NCBI GenBank assembly: GCA_041662245.1
Contig: JBAZSW010000002.1
Coordinates: 89,017-153,016 of the forward strand
Direction: 5' to 3'
DNA length: 64,000 nt
Origin: Parcubacteria group bacterium
GTDB taxonomy: Bacteria; Patescibacteriota; Minisyncoccia; Moranbacterales; UBA9337
Shown here: piece by piece, positions 19,301 to 30,000 of the stretch
How the letters are laid out: every line of letters starts with the position of its first letter
Position numbering within the stretch: the stretch's first letter is position 1
The notes under the pieces: model-generated
The model's database searches: none
Told to the model about the DNA's origin: nothing
The model's input: only the letters and a program-made list of their open reading frames with translations
Made by a program: the position numbers and the translations under genes

Positions 19301-22300
19301 TAAAATATATACGCCGAATAATACGACGACAGAGAGTAATAATTTGCAACGGCATAGTGGAAAGTGGGATGATGGAAAATATAAATTATCTTTACCAGGA
19401 ACTCTTAGTGGAATTACGATAAACATTGGATATATAAAAATAGACGGCATACAGCTCAAATATACCAACTCTACGGTTACAGCTCGCAGAGGAATATCTG
19501 TCAATGGTGAAAAAGGAACATCGGTGTGGATATCAAATTGTATTTTACAAGGCGTGATATCCGGAGCTATTACCAACGTAGAAGGTGTTATGTTTGAATA
19601 TAGTACTACTGGAAATAGAACAGCCTATTTTTGGAATAATATCATTTACGGTTTTATAAATGATAGTAACGATATATACGGTATTTATTCTAGAGCTCCT
19701 TGGAAAGTTTATGCCTATAATAACACTTTGTATAATAATTATAAGGGACTCTATGCCGAAGTGAGCAATCTTGTTTTGGCGAAAAATAATACTGTCTATA
19801 ACAATACTTCCTATGATTATTCCGGCACATTTGATGCATCCTCAACCAATAATATTTCTAAAGATGCCACCTCACCCAATGCCGGTGCCACTGATTGCGG
19901 TGGCCATAGTTGCAGGAGTCAAACTGTAGCTTTCATTTCCACTACCTCTGGCGCGGAAGATTTTCATCTAGCTTCCACTGACACGGCCGCCAGAAATTCT
20001 GGGGCGGATCTGAGTACTGATGCCAATCTGTTAGTTGCGACTGATATTGATGGCAATGCGCGTCCGGCATCCGCTGGGTTTGACATTGGCGCGGATGAAG
20101 CGGCCGCCCAGATTTTCTATTCCGTCGGTCAAAACACTACTGATCACAAAACTGGTTCGCCGACCGTGACAGTCAGCGGTACGACCGCCACTTTTTCGGT
20201 TGCGCAAACCGCGACCAATATGGGTGTAGGGGATTTGGTGACTTATACGGGTGGCACGTGTTATATTTCTGCTAAAACTTCTACCACCGTTTGGTCCTGT
20301 CTTAGTGTGACGGGTGGCGCGCCGACCGCTGCCACTAATGCAAGTGTCACCAGCATCGCACATGCCTTTGCATCACTGGAAGGCACGGTAGATGCCGGCA
20401 CTGCTTCGGGCGCTTTTGATGCAACGCATTTGAATACTAAAGATTTGGTGGCGGGAAATTATCAGCTCAATGTTCCTTGCTATTATGACAGCGGAGCGGA
20501 CACTACGGCTGTCACCGTGCAATCTTGGACCACCGGATTTTATAATTATCTTAGGATTTATACGCCCGTAAGTACGACCAGCGAAGTTAACCAATCACAG
20601 AGGCATGGAGGGAAGTGGGATGATGGGAAATATAGCTTACAGCCACCTTTAGGCACCAATACTGTGTTAAATTTATCTACAAGCAATGTTGATATAGATG
20701 GAATTCAAATAAAACATTCAAAAAGTGATGGAAGCGGTGCTACTACCATAAAAACATATTATGGAGAAATAAAAAATAACATTATAGTTGAAGTCGGAAC
20801 TTCTGTTGGATATGCCATAGGTAATTGGAGGGCCAATACATTAATTTATAACAATATAATTTATGGAATAAGTGGTTCTCCGAGAGTCGGTATTAGTGCT
20901 CAAAACGGACAACTTTTTTATGCTTATAATAATACTATTTATGGTTTATCTGTAGGCTTGGGTATATCCTGGGGTCATATAATTGCCAAAAACAACGTCG
21001 CCTACAATAATGTTACAGATTATTCAGGTACTTTCGAAGTATCTTCCACCAACAATCTTTCCAAAGATGGTACAGCCCCGCCATTTAATACATATTACAC
21101 CAATAAAACTTTGGCTTTCACCAATGTCACTTCCGGCGCCGAAGATTTTCATTTAGTCACTACTGATACGGATTCGATCAATAAAGGTGCGGATTTATCC
21201 GCTGATACCAGTTTATCTTTTACTACCGACATCGACGGCGCGCCGAGGAATGCCGCCATCAACGCGTGGGACATCGGGGCGGATGAAACTGCTACCCAAA
21301 TTTTCCGTAGCGTCGCTCCCAGTGCCACGGCGGTTTTGGAAAGTGACACATCACATGCTCGCACGGTAACGCTTACCAGCGGAGTCGCCACTTTTAGTAA
21401 TGCTCTCTCTGACACTATCGGCGTAGGGGATGCTGTTTTGATTGACACCGGTGGCACGGATCAAACCATTGATGCGTCAGACACGATATTATTCATTAGT
21501 AGCAGAAATAGTGCTACCAGCTACACCCTACAAGCTAACAATGGCTCCGTACCCAGCGACATCGCTATCAATGATACTTATAGCATTTATCGCGCCTACA
21601 CCAGTTTGAGCTTGGCCGAAGCGGGGACGAAGAATGCGAGCATTCCGATGACTTTCAACGGTGGGGACAGAAATCTTTTCACCAATAATGAGCAATGGAA
21701 CATTGCGGCTTATGCTAATGGTACGACGGCAGATACGACAGCGGTGGCAGTCAGTGGATGGACGACTGCGCAACAGGATTTTATTAAAGTTTATACTCCT
21801 GTAAGTACTACTGAAGTAGGGACCAGTCAAAGGCACGCAGGGAAATGGGACAGCGGGAAATATAGGTTGGAAGTTGACGCTACTTATGTAACCATTCTTG
21901 ATTCTATTGATAATAATGTTGTAATAGATGGTTTACAGATAAAGTTCATTGCGACTAATTATAGTCAGGCTGGTCTTCGAATAAGAGGAAAGAATAATTA
22001 TATTTCAAATAACATTATTCAAGGGGCTATATCCGGTTCGGCCAGCAATAATTATGCAATATATCCGTATTATGTTTCCAACCCAAGCAATATGTACATA
22101 TGGAACAATATTGTTTATGGATTCAATTCTTCAGGTGGTGCCGGAATTTCCTTGGCTTATACGAATAATATTTATTTATATAATAATACTCTATATGGCA
22201 ATGCATCTGGTATAAAGGTTCCCATTAGCAGTAGCGCTATTGCAAAAAATAATATTGCTTACAACAATGGTACGGATTATGTAACAAGCGGTACCGGATA

Positions 22301-25300
22301 TTTCAATTCTGCTTCCACCAATAATCTTTCCAAGGATGCCACGGCGCCGGCGTATAATACTTATTATGTAAATAAGACGTTGGATTTCATCGACACTGCC
22401 AACAAAGATTTTCACCTATCTCAAACTGATACAGCGGCGCGAGGTGTGGGTGCCAATTTAAGTGATGATGCCGCGTTCAGTGTAGAGACGCGATTAATCG
22501 CGTCTTTACGGCAGGATATTGACGGACAAATGCGAAATCCTGCGGGTGCGGGTTGGGACATCGGGGCCGACGAAGGCACGGTGGAATTTGCGCCAACCGT
22601 GATGCAAACAGGCGGGGATTATTCGTCGCTCAATTCTTGGAATGTGGGCGTGGCGTCCAATCTCACCGCTGCCACGACTCGAGTTTTCGCGCACGGCGGC
22701 AAAACAGGCACCATCGCTGACAACGCCAGTGTGACGGGCCTCACCAGCAATGCCACAGCGACTGTGGTGCATGCCAGTGCTACGCAAATTCTTCTGGAAA
22801 ATATCAGTGGCACTTTTCAAACGGGTGAAACCGTCCAAGTCACGGCCGGTAACAGCGTGGTCATCGCCGACAACGGCAATCCCGCTTCGGCCGTGGCCAA
22901 GATTGATGGAGCGTGGACGAGTGCGGATACGACAGCGGTAACGATTAATGGTTTCACCACCGGCGCTGATGATTATGTTAGGATATACACGACACCAATA
23001 GCGCGGCATCAGGGAAAGTGGGATGATGGAAAATATAGATTGGAAATATCCAATGCAAATATTATTTATAGTTACATGAGCTATGTAAGAATAGACGGCT
23101 TACAAATTGAAGCTACGCGTGATGGCTCTACTGCAATAGGAATACGACTAAGTACATCTGCTGGAGCAGGTGACTTTAATGTTTCAGGTTGTATTTTTAA
23201 GGGCATAAATAATTCAACCGGAACTCATTATGGATTATACATAACCAATAGTTTAGTAAATTTATATATTTGGAATAACATCATTTATGGTTTTCAAAGT
23301 ATAGGAATGTTTTTAAATGCTTCCAACGCATTTGTTTATAATAATTCTGTCAATAATAATGTTACGGGAATATATAGAAATAATGGAAGAGTAGTTTCTA
23401 AGAACAATATTTCATATAGTAATACTACCAAGGATTATGATGGCAGTTTTGATGCGTCTTCTACTAATAATCTTTCTTCCGACGCCACCTCCCCCAACTC
23501 CGGCGCCACCGATTGCGGTGGACATAGTTGTCGTAATCAAACTGTAGCTTTTATTTCCACCACTTCCGGTTCCGAAGACTTTCATCTCTCATCGAGTGAT
23601 ACGGCGGCCAAAGACAGCGGAATAGACTTAAGCGGCGACGCTAATTTGAGATTCACCACTGACATTGATGTTGCCTCGCGCCAAGCCAACAAGTGGGACA
23701 TCGGGGCGGATGAATTTTGGGAGGCGCAAACGGGTGGATCGGTTGGCGGCGCGTCAGCCATCACCACGCCGGCCGTGGCGGATTATGATTTCAATGAAGG
23801 CTTTGGCAGCTTGGCACACAACGCCGGCTCGGGCGGGGCGACTTTGAACGGCACGCTGAATGCCGGCGGGATTGGTACTAATCCAACCACCACGGCCATG
23901 TGGGACAAAGGCGGGAAATTCGGCGGGGCGATAGAGTTTGATGGAACGGATGATTATGTGAGCGCGACACAAAATGGGACAGCCTTAACGCAACTGTCTG
24001 TTTCTTTTTGGCTGAAATCCAATTCAACGCCGACTTCTGACAAAGGGGTTTTTCAATGGGTCAATATCTTGTCCGCTCCAAACCCATTCATAGCAATATC
24101 TAGAACGGCCAATACAAATAATTACAGATTTTTTATTGACGGCAATGATAGAGTGACAACAGCTATGGTCAATAATTCTTGGTATTTCGTTTCTCTTGTT
24201 CTTAATTCCAGCAATTTGTGGACAGTCTATATAAATGGGACATCTGTTGGCACATATCAAGATGATGCCACCCATGCCTATCAAGCATCGGCAAATAGTG
24301 TATATTTTGGTAATGATTTTTTTGGATACCTAGATGGTTTAATGGACGATGCCAAGATTTTCAACTACGCTCTCTCGGATTCGCAGATTAAAACTCTCTA
24401 CAACAACAACTCCGCCTTGAGCGCGGGCAATGATGCCAGTCGCAATAACAACGGCACAACTGTGACGGGAACGGCCAAAGATTATTGCATCCCAGGAGAC
24501 ACCGCGCAGTGCGACAAACCTGTCGGGGAATGGAAGATGGATGAAAAAGTGGCGGGTGATGCCAAAACGATTTATGACACGAGCGGCAACGGCAATGACG
24601 GCACGACACACTGGGGTGCGAATGCGAGCGGGATGGATTGCTCTGTGCCCGGCAAATTTGGTTCGGGTTGTGGATTTGATGGGGTGGATGATTATGTCTC
24701 AGTGGCCAATAATAGTGTCTTGGATATTGCAGATAATGGTAATTTTAGTTTCGGAGGATGGTTTAAAATATCTTCTAACACCGGAGACGCCGAACAACCT
24801 ATTATTTCTAAAAGAAATTCTAATACCGGTCCAAATTATCAAGGTTATGAATTATTTATTAAGTCAGATAATACGATTGATTGCCTGATTCAGCAAAATG
24901 GCTCTAATTCTTCAGATATTTGGTCGACAACTACTTATAATGATGGTAAATGGCATTATGCCGAATGTGTTCTCACTTCTGGCGTTTCAAATAAATTATT
25001 TGTAGATGGGATTAATGTTGCTTCAGATGTTACGAGTATACCATCGACAGGGTTTTCTAATAGTCAACCATTAACATTCGGCATATCCTCCAATTATAGT
25101 CCGTGGAATTTTTCTGGTTCAATCGACCAAGTCCAAATCTTTAACTACGCCCGCACGCCGGCGCAGATCGCGTGGGATTTCAACAAAGGCGGACCAATCG
25201 CCGAGTGGCGCCTCAATGAATGTACGGGTGCGACGGTGCATGACGAAACAACCAATGGCAACAACGGCACCATCAATTTGGGCACGAGTGGCACGCAAAC

Positions 25301-25925
25301 GACTGCGATTGGTAATGGTACTTGCTCAGCCTCTGCCAGTACTCCTTGGTACAACGGCCGCACCGGCAAATATAACGCTTCTTTGAATTTTGATGGAACG
25401 GATGATTATGTTAGTGCCAATAGCACTATTTCTTCTGGCACGGCTGGTAGTACGGTGGTGTGGATAAAGCCATCTGGCTCATATACTAATTCGCAGTGTC
25501 CCGTAGGGGGGATAGGTGCTGGGGGTGCCAGCTATCAATCACGCTATTTGATTTGCGCGATTTATAATGCTGTTTGTGGAGACAGTAGTTGGAGTGCGTG
25601 GATTGGCAATGGGACCACCTATCAATATGCTTGTTCGACGCAAGTTTATAATTCGACTAATTTTCCGGCTGGGGTTTGGACACAGTTGATTGCAACCTAT
25701 GATGGTACGAATATAAAATTATATAAAGATGGTATTTTGGTAAAAACAGTGGCACAGACAGTCAGTGGGGCCGGTGACGCTCAACCATTTTCCATCGGTC
25801 GCTTAGGTGGTTACAATGGCGGACGTTTCAATGGTCAAATCGACAACGTTAAAATTTTCAACTACGCGCTGACCCCGTTACAAGTTCAGGCTGAATATAA
25901 TAACGGCGCTAGTGTGGGATTTTGA
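16365..25925 (+). CDS. Giant secreted modular protein (3186 aa): signal peptide, 6 modules, 4 C-terminal LamG-like domains
   Basis: Same signal peptide and module grammar as the 5008 gene. The sixth module is divergent (TVEFAPTVMQTGGDYSSLNSW...). C-terminal LamG signatures are DDAKIFNYALSDSQIKTLY, DQVQIFNYARTPAQIAW and DNVKIFNYALTPLQVQAEY. Confidence 0.85.
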   Translation: MSKFQKLLLILVFTIIGLSSATFASAASNVYYSVGQSTADLKNGTPNVSITSGVATLSVAQTGNIGVGDVIVANAISYYISSRSSQSVWNVVTNTGATPTNITSTAVTSIKHVYPSLSAAVTGASTLLGSSNLTTADVVLNILCYYDSGADTTAVTVSGYTTDATRYIKIYTPSNTSTEANNSQRHSGKWDASKYRLEVSAATALSNSNLYTVIEGLQIYETPNAHDQSAIYSTTSSTIKGNICKGDATNSTYRQHGINILSTNGNTIYIENNVVYNFSRIYSSGILMNSGYPIFYALNNTVYNNYNGIYNSGVDTAKYIKNNISMGSSGFNFAGTFDSNASNNVSYDATAPGTGSLTNQSLAQVAFISTVSGNEDFHLQPSSVAKNIGVDLSSYFTTDIDGATRNTAINAWDIGADEAATQIFRSVGPSATAVLESDTSHARTVTLTSGVATFSAALADNIGVGDAVLIDTGGTDQTIDASDTILFISSRNSATSYTLQANNGSVPSDIAVNDTYSIYRAYTSLSLAEAGTKNTSIPITFNGGNRDLATNNEQWNLACYANGTTADTTAARIDSWTTDTTRFIKIYTPVTTAEVGISQRHSGKWDTSKYRLETGTGASSLRVTQNYTVVQGLQVYNSSTVNEENGISLDAYRNHMTARDNIVKGGYTGISTGSQSSSDGNNYIINNIVYGAYRTGINANNPVSTNPNFVYNNSVSGCNVGVVEYGYGITASAEGIVENNISINLGGYGTYKKDFAATIQSYNISQDTSATGTGSLTGKTNTDVKFVSIISGAEELHLQAGSVAKNVGADLSGTFTTDIDGQTRSASLGWDIGADEAANAVYYSVGQSTANLMTGTPNVAITAGVATFDVAQTGNIGVGDVIVANAISYYIASKTSTTVWNVVTVTGATPTDITSTAVTSIKHVYTSLNSAAAGAGTLLGTTDLYTNNYQINIPCYYDSAADTTAVTISGYTTAMPNYIKIYTPNNTTTESNNLQRHSGKWDDGKYKLSLPGTLSGITINIGYIKIDGIQLKYTNSTVTARRGISVNGEKGTSVWISNCILQGVISGAITNVEGVMFEYSTTGNRTAYFWNNIIYGFINDSNDIYGIYSRAPWKVYAYNNTLYNNYKGLYAEVSNLVLAKNNTVYNNTSYDYSGTFDASSTNNISKDATSPNAGATDCGGHSCRSQTVAFISTTSGAEDFHLASTDTAARNSGADLSTDANLLVATDIDGNARPASAGFDIGADEAAAQIFYSVGQNTTDHKTGSPTVTVSGTTATFSVAQTATNMGVGDLVTYTGGTCYISAKTSTTVWSCLSVTGGAPTAATNASVTSIAHAFASLEGTVDAGTASGAFDATHLNTKDLVAGNYQLNVPCYYDSGADTTAVTVQSWTTGFYNYLRIYTPVSTTSEVNQSQRHGGKWDDGKYSLQPPLGTNTVLNLSTSNVDIDGIQIKHSKSDGSGATTIKTYYGEIKNNIIVEVGTSVGYAIGNWRANTLIYNNIIYGISGSPRVGISAQNGQLFYAYNNTIYGLSVGLGISWGHIIAKNNVAYNNVTDYSGTFEVSSTNNLSKDGTAPPFNTYYTNKTLAFTNVTSGAEDFHLVTTDTDSINKGADLSADTSLSFTTDIDGAPRNAAINAWDIGADETATQIFRSVAPSATAVLESDTSHARTVTLTSGVATFSNALSDTIGVGDAVLIDTGGTDQTIDASDTILFISSRNSATSYTLQANNGSVPSDIAINDTYSIYRAYTSLSLAEAGTKNASIPMTFNGGDRNLFTNNEQWNIAAYANGTTADTTAVAVSGWTTAQQDFIKVYTPVSTTEVGTSQRHAGKWDSGKYRLEVDATYVTILDSIDNNVVIDGLQIKFIATNYSQAGLRIRGKNNYISNNIIQGAISGSASNNYAIYPYYVSNPSNMYIWNNIVYGFNSSGGAGISLAYTNNIYLYNNTLYGNASGIKVPISSSAIAKNNIAYNNGTDYVTSGTGYFNSASTNNLSKDATAPAYNTYYVNKTLDFIDTANKDFHLSQTDTAARGVGANLSDDAAFSVETRLIASLRQDIDGQMRNPAGAGWDIGADEGTVEFAPTVMQTGGDYSSLNSWNVGVASNLTAATTRVFAHGGKTGTIADNASVTGLTSNATATVVHASATQILLENISGTFQTGETVQVTAGNSVVIADNGNPASAVAKIDGAWTSADTTAVTINGFTTGADDYVRIYTTPIARHQGKWDDGKYRLEISNANIIYSYMSYVRIDGLQIEATRDGSTAIGIRLSTSAGAGDFNVSGCIFKGINNSTGTHYGLYITNSLVNLYIWNNIIYGFQSIGMFLNASNAFVYNNSVNNNVTGIYRNNGRVVSKNNISYSNTTKDYDGSFDASSTNNLSSDATSPNSGATDCGGHSCRNQTVAFISTTSGSEDFHLSSSDTAAKDSGIDLSGDANLRFTTDIDVASRQANKWDIGADEFWEAQTGGSVGGASAITTPAVADYDFNEGFGSLAHNAGSGGATLNGTLNAGGIGTNPTTTAMWDKGGKFGGAIEFDGTDDYVSATQNGTALTQLSVSFWLKSNSTPTSDKGVFQWVNILSAPNPFIAISRTANTNNYRFFIDGNDRVTTAMVNNSWYFVSLVLNSSNLWTVYINGTSVGTYQDDATHAYQASANSVYFGNDFFGYLDGLMDDAKIFNYALSDSQIKTLYNNNSALSAGNDASRNNNGTTVTGTAKDYCIPGDTAQCDKPVGEWKMDEKVAGDAKTIYDTSGNGNDGTTHWGANASGMDCSVPGKFGSGCGFDGVDDYVSVANNSVLDIADNGNFSFGGWFKISSNTGDAEQPIISKRNSNTGPNYQGYELFIKSDNTIDCLIQQNGSNSSDIWSTTTYNDGKWHYAECVLTSGVSNKLFVDGINVASDVTSIPSTGFSNSQPLTFGISSNYSPWNFSGSIDQVQIFNYARTPAQIAWDFNKGGPIAEWRLNECTGATVHDETTNGNNGTINLGTSGTQTTAIGNGTCSASASTPWYNGRTGKYNASLNFDGTDDYVSANSTISSGTAGSTVVWIKPSGSYTNSQCPVGGIGAGGASYQSRYLICAIYNAVCGDSSWSAWIGNGTTYQYACSTQVYNSTNFPAGVWTQLIATYDGTNIKLYKDGILVKTVAQTVSGAGDAQPFSIGRLGGYNGGRFNGQIDNVKIFNYALTPLQVQAEYNNGASVGF

Positions 25926-26167
25926 GGATGAATTTTTAATTTTTACATTTTTAATTTTTAAATAATGCTCAAATTTCTAATTTTTCAAAATTAAAACATT
26001 TAGATTTATTTATAAAATTACAAAAATTACAAAATTAAAAATTCTACAAGCTGTGATTTAAAAGAGAGATGCGCAAAGTAGCCGATGACTGTTGATTGAT
26101 GATGAATTACTCATCTTTTATGATATAATGAAATAGTAAATCAATAATAATTTAACTTAAAAAATCT

Positions 26168-26731
26168 ATGAAAATACTAAGAAAAATCGCTCAAGCTTGG
26201 AGACTAATCTTGTTTATCATCGGGGTCATTATCCTCGTGGCTGGACTGCTTTGGGGCATCTTTTGGGGAGTAAATAAACTATTCTTCCACGGCAAACTAG
26301 GCAATAACGGAGAGATTAAAACCTATCAAGTCTTGGTTTCCATCCATGACAATACTATGCCCGATCCCGCCGAAGACAAAAAAACTTCTATTAAAAAAGG
26401 CTATGCTCTCGGACTCTATCCCGAAGACCACCAGTGGTCCGATACCGAAAAAGTCAGCTTTTTAATCTTAAAGATGAAACTCAATGAAACGGAGGCAACC
26501 GATCTGATGGCTCCTGTTGAAAAAGATATCAACATCAAAACCTTGCCTAAAGAAGAACAAGACCGATTGAAAAAGGAAAAAGACGCTCCACCACAAAAAG
26601 AAACCCTCGCCGCCAGAAAGTATAAGATTAATCTAGAAAAAATCAATTTCTCCGACCCCAACTCACTTCTTAAAGGTCAACCGTTTACGGACAAGGTTTT
26701 CGGGTGGGAGATTGTGGAGAAGATAAAATAA
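26168..26731 (+). CDS. Hypothetical membrane-anchored protein (187 aa)
   Basis: N-terminal transmembrane helix LILFIIGVIILVAGLLWGIFWGV. No recognisable domain. Confidence 0.45.
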   Translation: MKILRKIAQAWRLILFIIGVIILVAGLLWGIFWGVNKLFFHGKLGNNGEIKTYQVLVSIHDNTMPDPAEDKKTSIKKGYALGLYPEDHQWSDTEKVSFLILKMKLNETEATDLMAPVEKDINIKTLPKEEQDRLKKEKDAPPQKETLAARKYKINLEKINFSDPNSLLKGQPFTDKVFGWEIVEKIK

Positions 26732-26736
26732 TAATC

Positions 26737-26835
26737 AACACTCAATAACCAATACTCATTCAATATCCGATAAATTAACATTCAATTGAACATTTTGATA
26801 GTGATTATTGAATGAATATTGAGTATTTAATATAA
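26737..26835. repeat. Palindromic AT-rich element, family C
   Basis: Large imperfect inverted repeat (...aatactcattcaata... / ...tattgaatgaatattgagtatt...). Related copies are at 57508-57625, 58845-58950, 60349-60410 and 60790-60850. Confidence 0.65.
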
Positions 26836-27096
26836 CAATGAAGCAGTGGGATTCTGATAATAATTTTTAATTTTTATATTTTTAATTTTTAAATAATGCT
26901 CAAATTTCTAATTTTTAAAAATTAAGAATTCAGATTTATTTATAAAATTACAAAAATTACAAAATTAAAAATTCTATAAACTGTGATTTAGAAGAGAGAT
27001 GCACAAAATTTGTAGAGTCTGCATATTGCAAAATTAAAAAATTCAGATTTATTTACAAAAATTAAAAATTCTAAAAATTACAAAATTAAATTCATA

Positions 27097-30000
27097 ATGT
27101 CCAAATTTCAAAAACTATTATTAATCCTAGTATTCACGATAATCGGACTTTCTTCCGCCTCTTTGGCGTCGGCCGCCACTCAGATTTACCGCTCGGTCGC
27201 TTCCGGTGTCACGGCAACTTTGGCGACAGATAGTTCGCACGCCAACACGGTGACAGTTACTTCTGGCACCGCTACTTTTTCAGCTGCACTTCCTGACAAT
27301 ATCGGAGTTGGAGATGCAGTTCTCATAGATACAGGAGGGACAGATCAAACTATCGACGCTTCGGACACTTTGTTATTCATCCACGCCCGTGCCAGTTCTA
27401 CCAGTTATACGCTCAAAACTCATACAGGTGCTACTCCATCGGATATTTCTATCAACGACACTTATAGTATTTATCGCGCTTACACTTCTCTTTCCAATGC
27501 CGAAGCGGGGACAAAAAACACCAATATTCCGATTACGTTTAATGGTGGCGATAGAAATCTGGTGACCAATGATGAAGTTTGGAACTTCGCTTGTTATGCG
27601 GCTGGGACGACGGCGGATACGGCGATGACTACTATCGATAGTTGGACGACGGACTCGACGCGGTATATGAGAATTTACACTCCTGTAAGCACGACTGAAG
27701 TAGGGACGAGTCAACGGCACAGTGGGAAGTGGGATGAGAGTAAATACTATATAAGTATTGGGAATAATTCAGCAGGAATATATTACAATATAAAATATTT
27801 AGTAATTGATGGAATACAAATTAAAGTTACTTCTTCTGACAGTTCTGGTTCCGTAGGAATCCAAGCTTATAACAGCTCGATAGTGGCGGGGGGAGAAATA
27901 ACTATAAAAAATAATATTGTTCGAGGTCAACTCAGCGGGACTGATCCTGGGAGCGCCGGTATCGCAACCAGTGGCTATTCTCCTAATAGCGGAGTGATTA
28001 AAATTTTCAATAATATAGTGTATGATTTTGCCAGAGTAACCGGTACTCCTCAAGCTATTTTTTTTGGAGCTGGCGATCACTATATCTATAACAATACAAT
28101 CATTAATTGTTATGGTGGTCTTTATAAAAATGGAGGAAGCTCCGCTGCTGTGGCAAAAAATAATATTGTCAAAGGAGCCACCGATGCTTATTATGGAACT
28201 TTTACTACGGGAACAGATTATAATGCTACTGATGGGACAGATGATATCGGCACAGGATCAAATAATAAAATTTCTCAAACTTTTTCTTTCATTGACGAAA
28301 CTAATGATGATTTTCATCTTTCCTCCACTGACACGGCCGCGCGAAATTCTGGTATTGATTTAGCAACCGATACTTATTCGCCTTTTGCCACTGATATCGA
28401 CGGCGCGGGCCGAAGTGCGACGGTGAATGCGTGGGACATCGGGGCGGATGAAACCGCTACGCAAATATTCCGCTCGGTCGGACCAAGCGCCACAGCAGTT
28501 TTGGAAAGTGACACATCGCACGCTCGCACAGTGACGCTCACTAGTGGCGTGGCGACTTTCAGTGTGGCTCTGGCTGACGATATTGGAGTGGGGGATGCAG
28601 TTTTGATTGACACAGGCGGAACAAGTAACGCCATTGATGCATCCGATACAATATTATTTATCAGTGCCCGCAATTCTTCTACCAGCTACAATCTACAAAC
28701 TCACACAGGAGCTGCTCCCAGCGACATTACTATCAATGATACATACAGTATTTATCGTGCCTATACCAGTTTGAGTTTGGCCGAAGCGGGGACGAAAAAT
28801 ACTTCCATTCCGATAACTTTCAATGGTGGTAATCGCGATTTAGTGACCAACAATGAAGAGTGGAATCTAGCTTGTTATGCTAATGGAGTGACAGCGGATA
28901 CGACCAGTGTAACAGTGGCTGGTTGGACCACTGCACAACAGGATTTTATTAAAATTTATACTCCCGTAACCACAACCGAAGTGGGGACGAGTCAACGGCA
29001 CGGGGGGAAGTGGGATATGGGAAAATATAACTTAACTGTAGATAGCGGTAGTTGGAGAGCAATAACCAACGAAGTTTCATATATGACTATAAATGGTCTG
29101 CAAATATCTAAGGATTGCCAAAATAATAATGATAGCAATGCCGTTCGTGATCAGGGTGTAGGTGGACTTGTAAATATTTCCAATAATATAATTAAAGAAA
29201 CTTCAACTAATTCACTTACTGCCTCGCAGGGAGTTCGAAAACATTGGGGATCGGGAACAGTTTTGATTTGGAATAATATTATTTACGGATGGCATGGCAC
29301 GGGTAATTACGTATCAGGAATAGTTAATGCTAGTGCTTCTGCTGCTTATCTATATGGATACAACAACACTATTTATGACTGCAATATAGGCATTAGAAGA
29401 GATACGGGAACAATTATTGCTAAAAACAATATTACCCAAAATTGCACTGATGGTTATAGTGGGACTTTTGATTCTTCTTCCGACTATAACATTTCCGACC
29501 TCGCCTCTGATAACACGGGTGGGGCGCATGACAAACAAGCTACCGTGGCTTTCGCTGACACGGCCAACAAAGATTTCCACCTCGCTCCCACCGACACGCA
29601 AGCTAAAAATTCCGGTGCGGATTTGAGCGCGGATGCTAATTTGCCTTTTACCACTGATATTGATGGCCAGACCAGAAGCGCCACTCCTGGGTGGGACATC
29701 GGCGCAGACGAAGCGGCCAACGCGGTCTATTATTCTGTTGGCCAATCCACCGCGGATTTGAAAACAGGCTCGCCTAATGTCGCCATCACTGCTGGCGTGG
29801 CCACTTTTGACGTGGCGCAAACAGGGAACATTGGCGTGGGGGATGTGGTGGTGGCGAATGCCATTTCTTATTATATATCGAGTAAAACCTCCACTACCGT
29901 GTGGAATGTGGTCACAGTCACGGGAGCCACGCCCACCAACATCACTTCCACGGCGGTTACTTCGATAAAACATGTTTACACTTCTTTGAATTCTGCTGTT

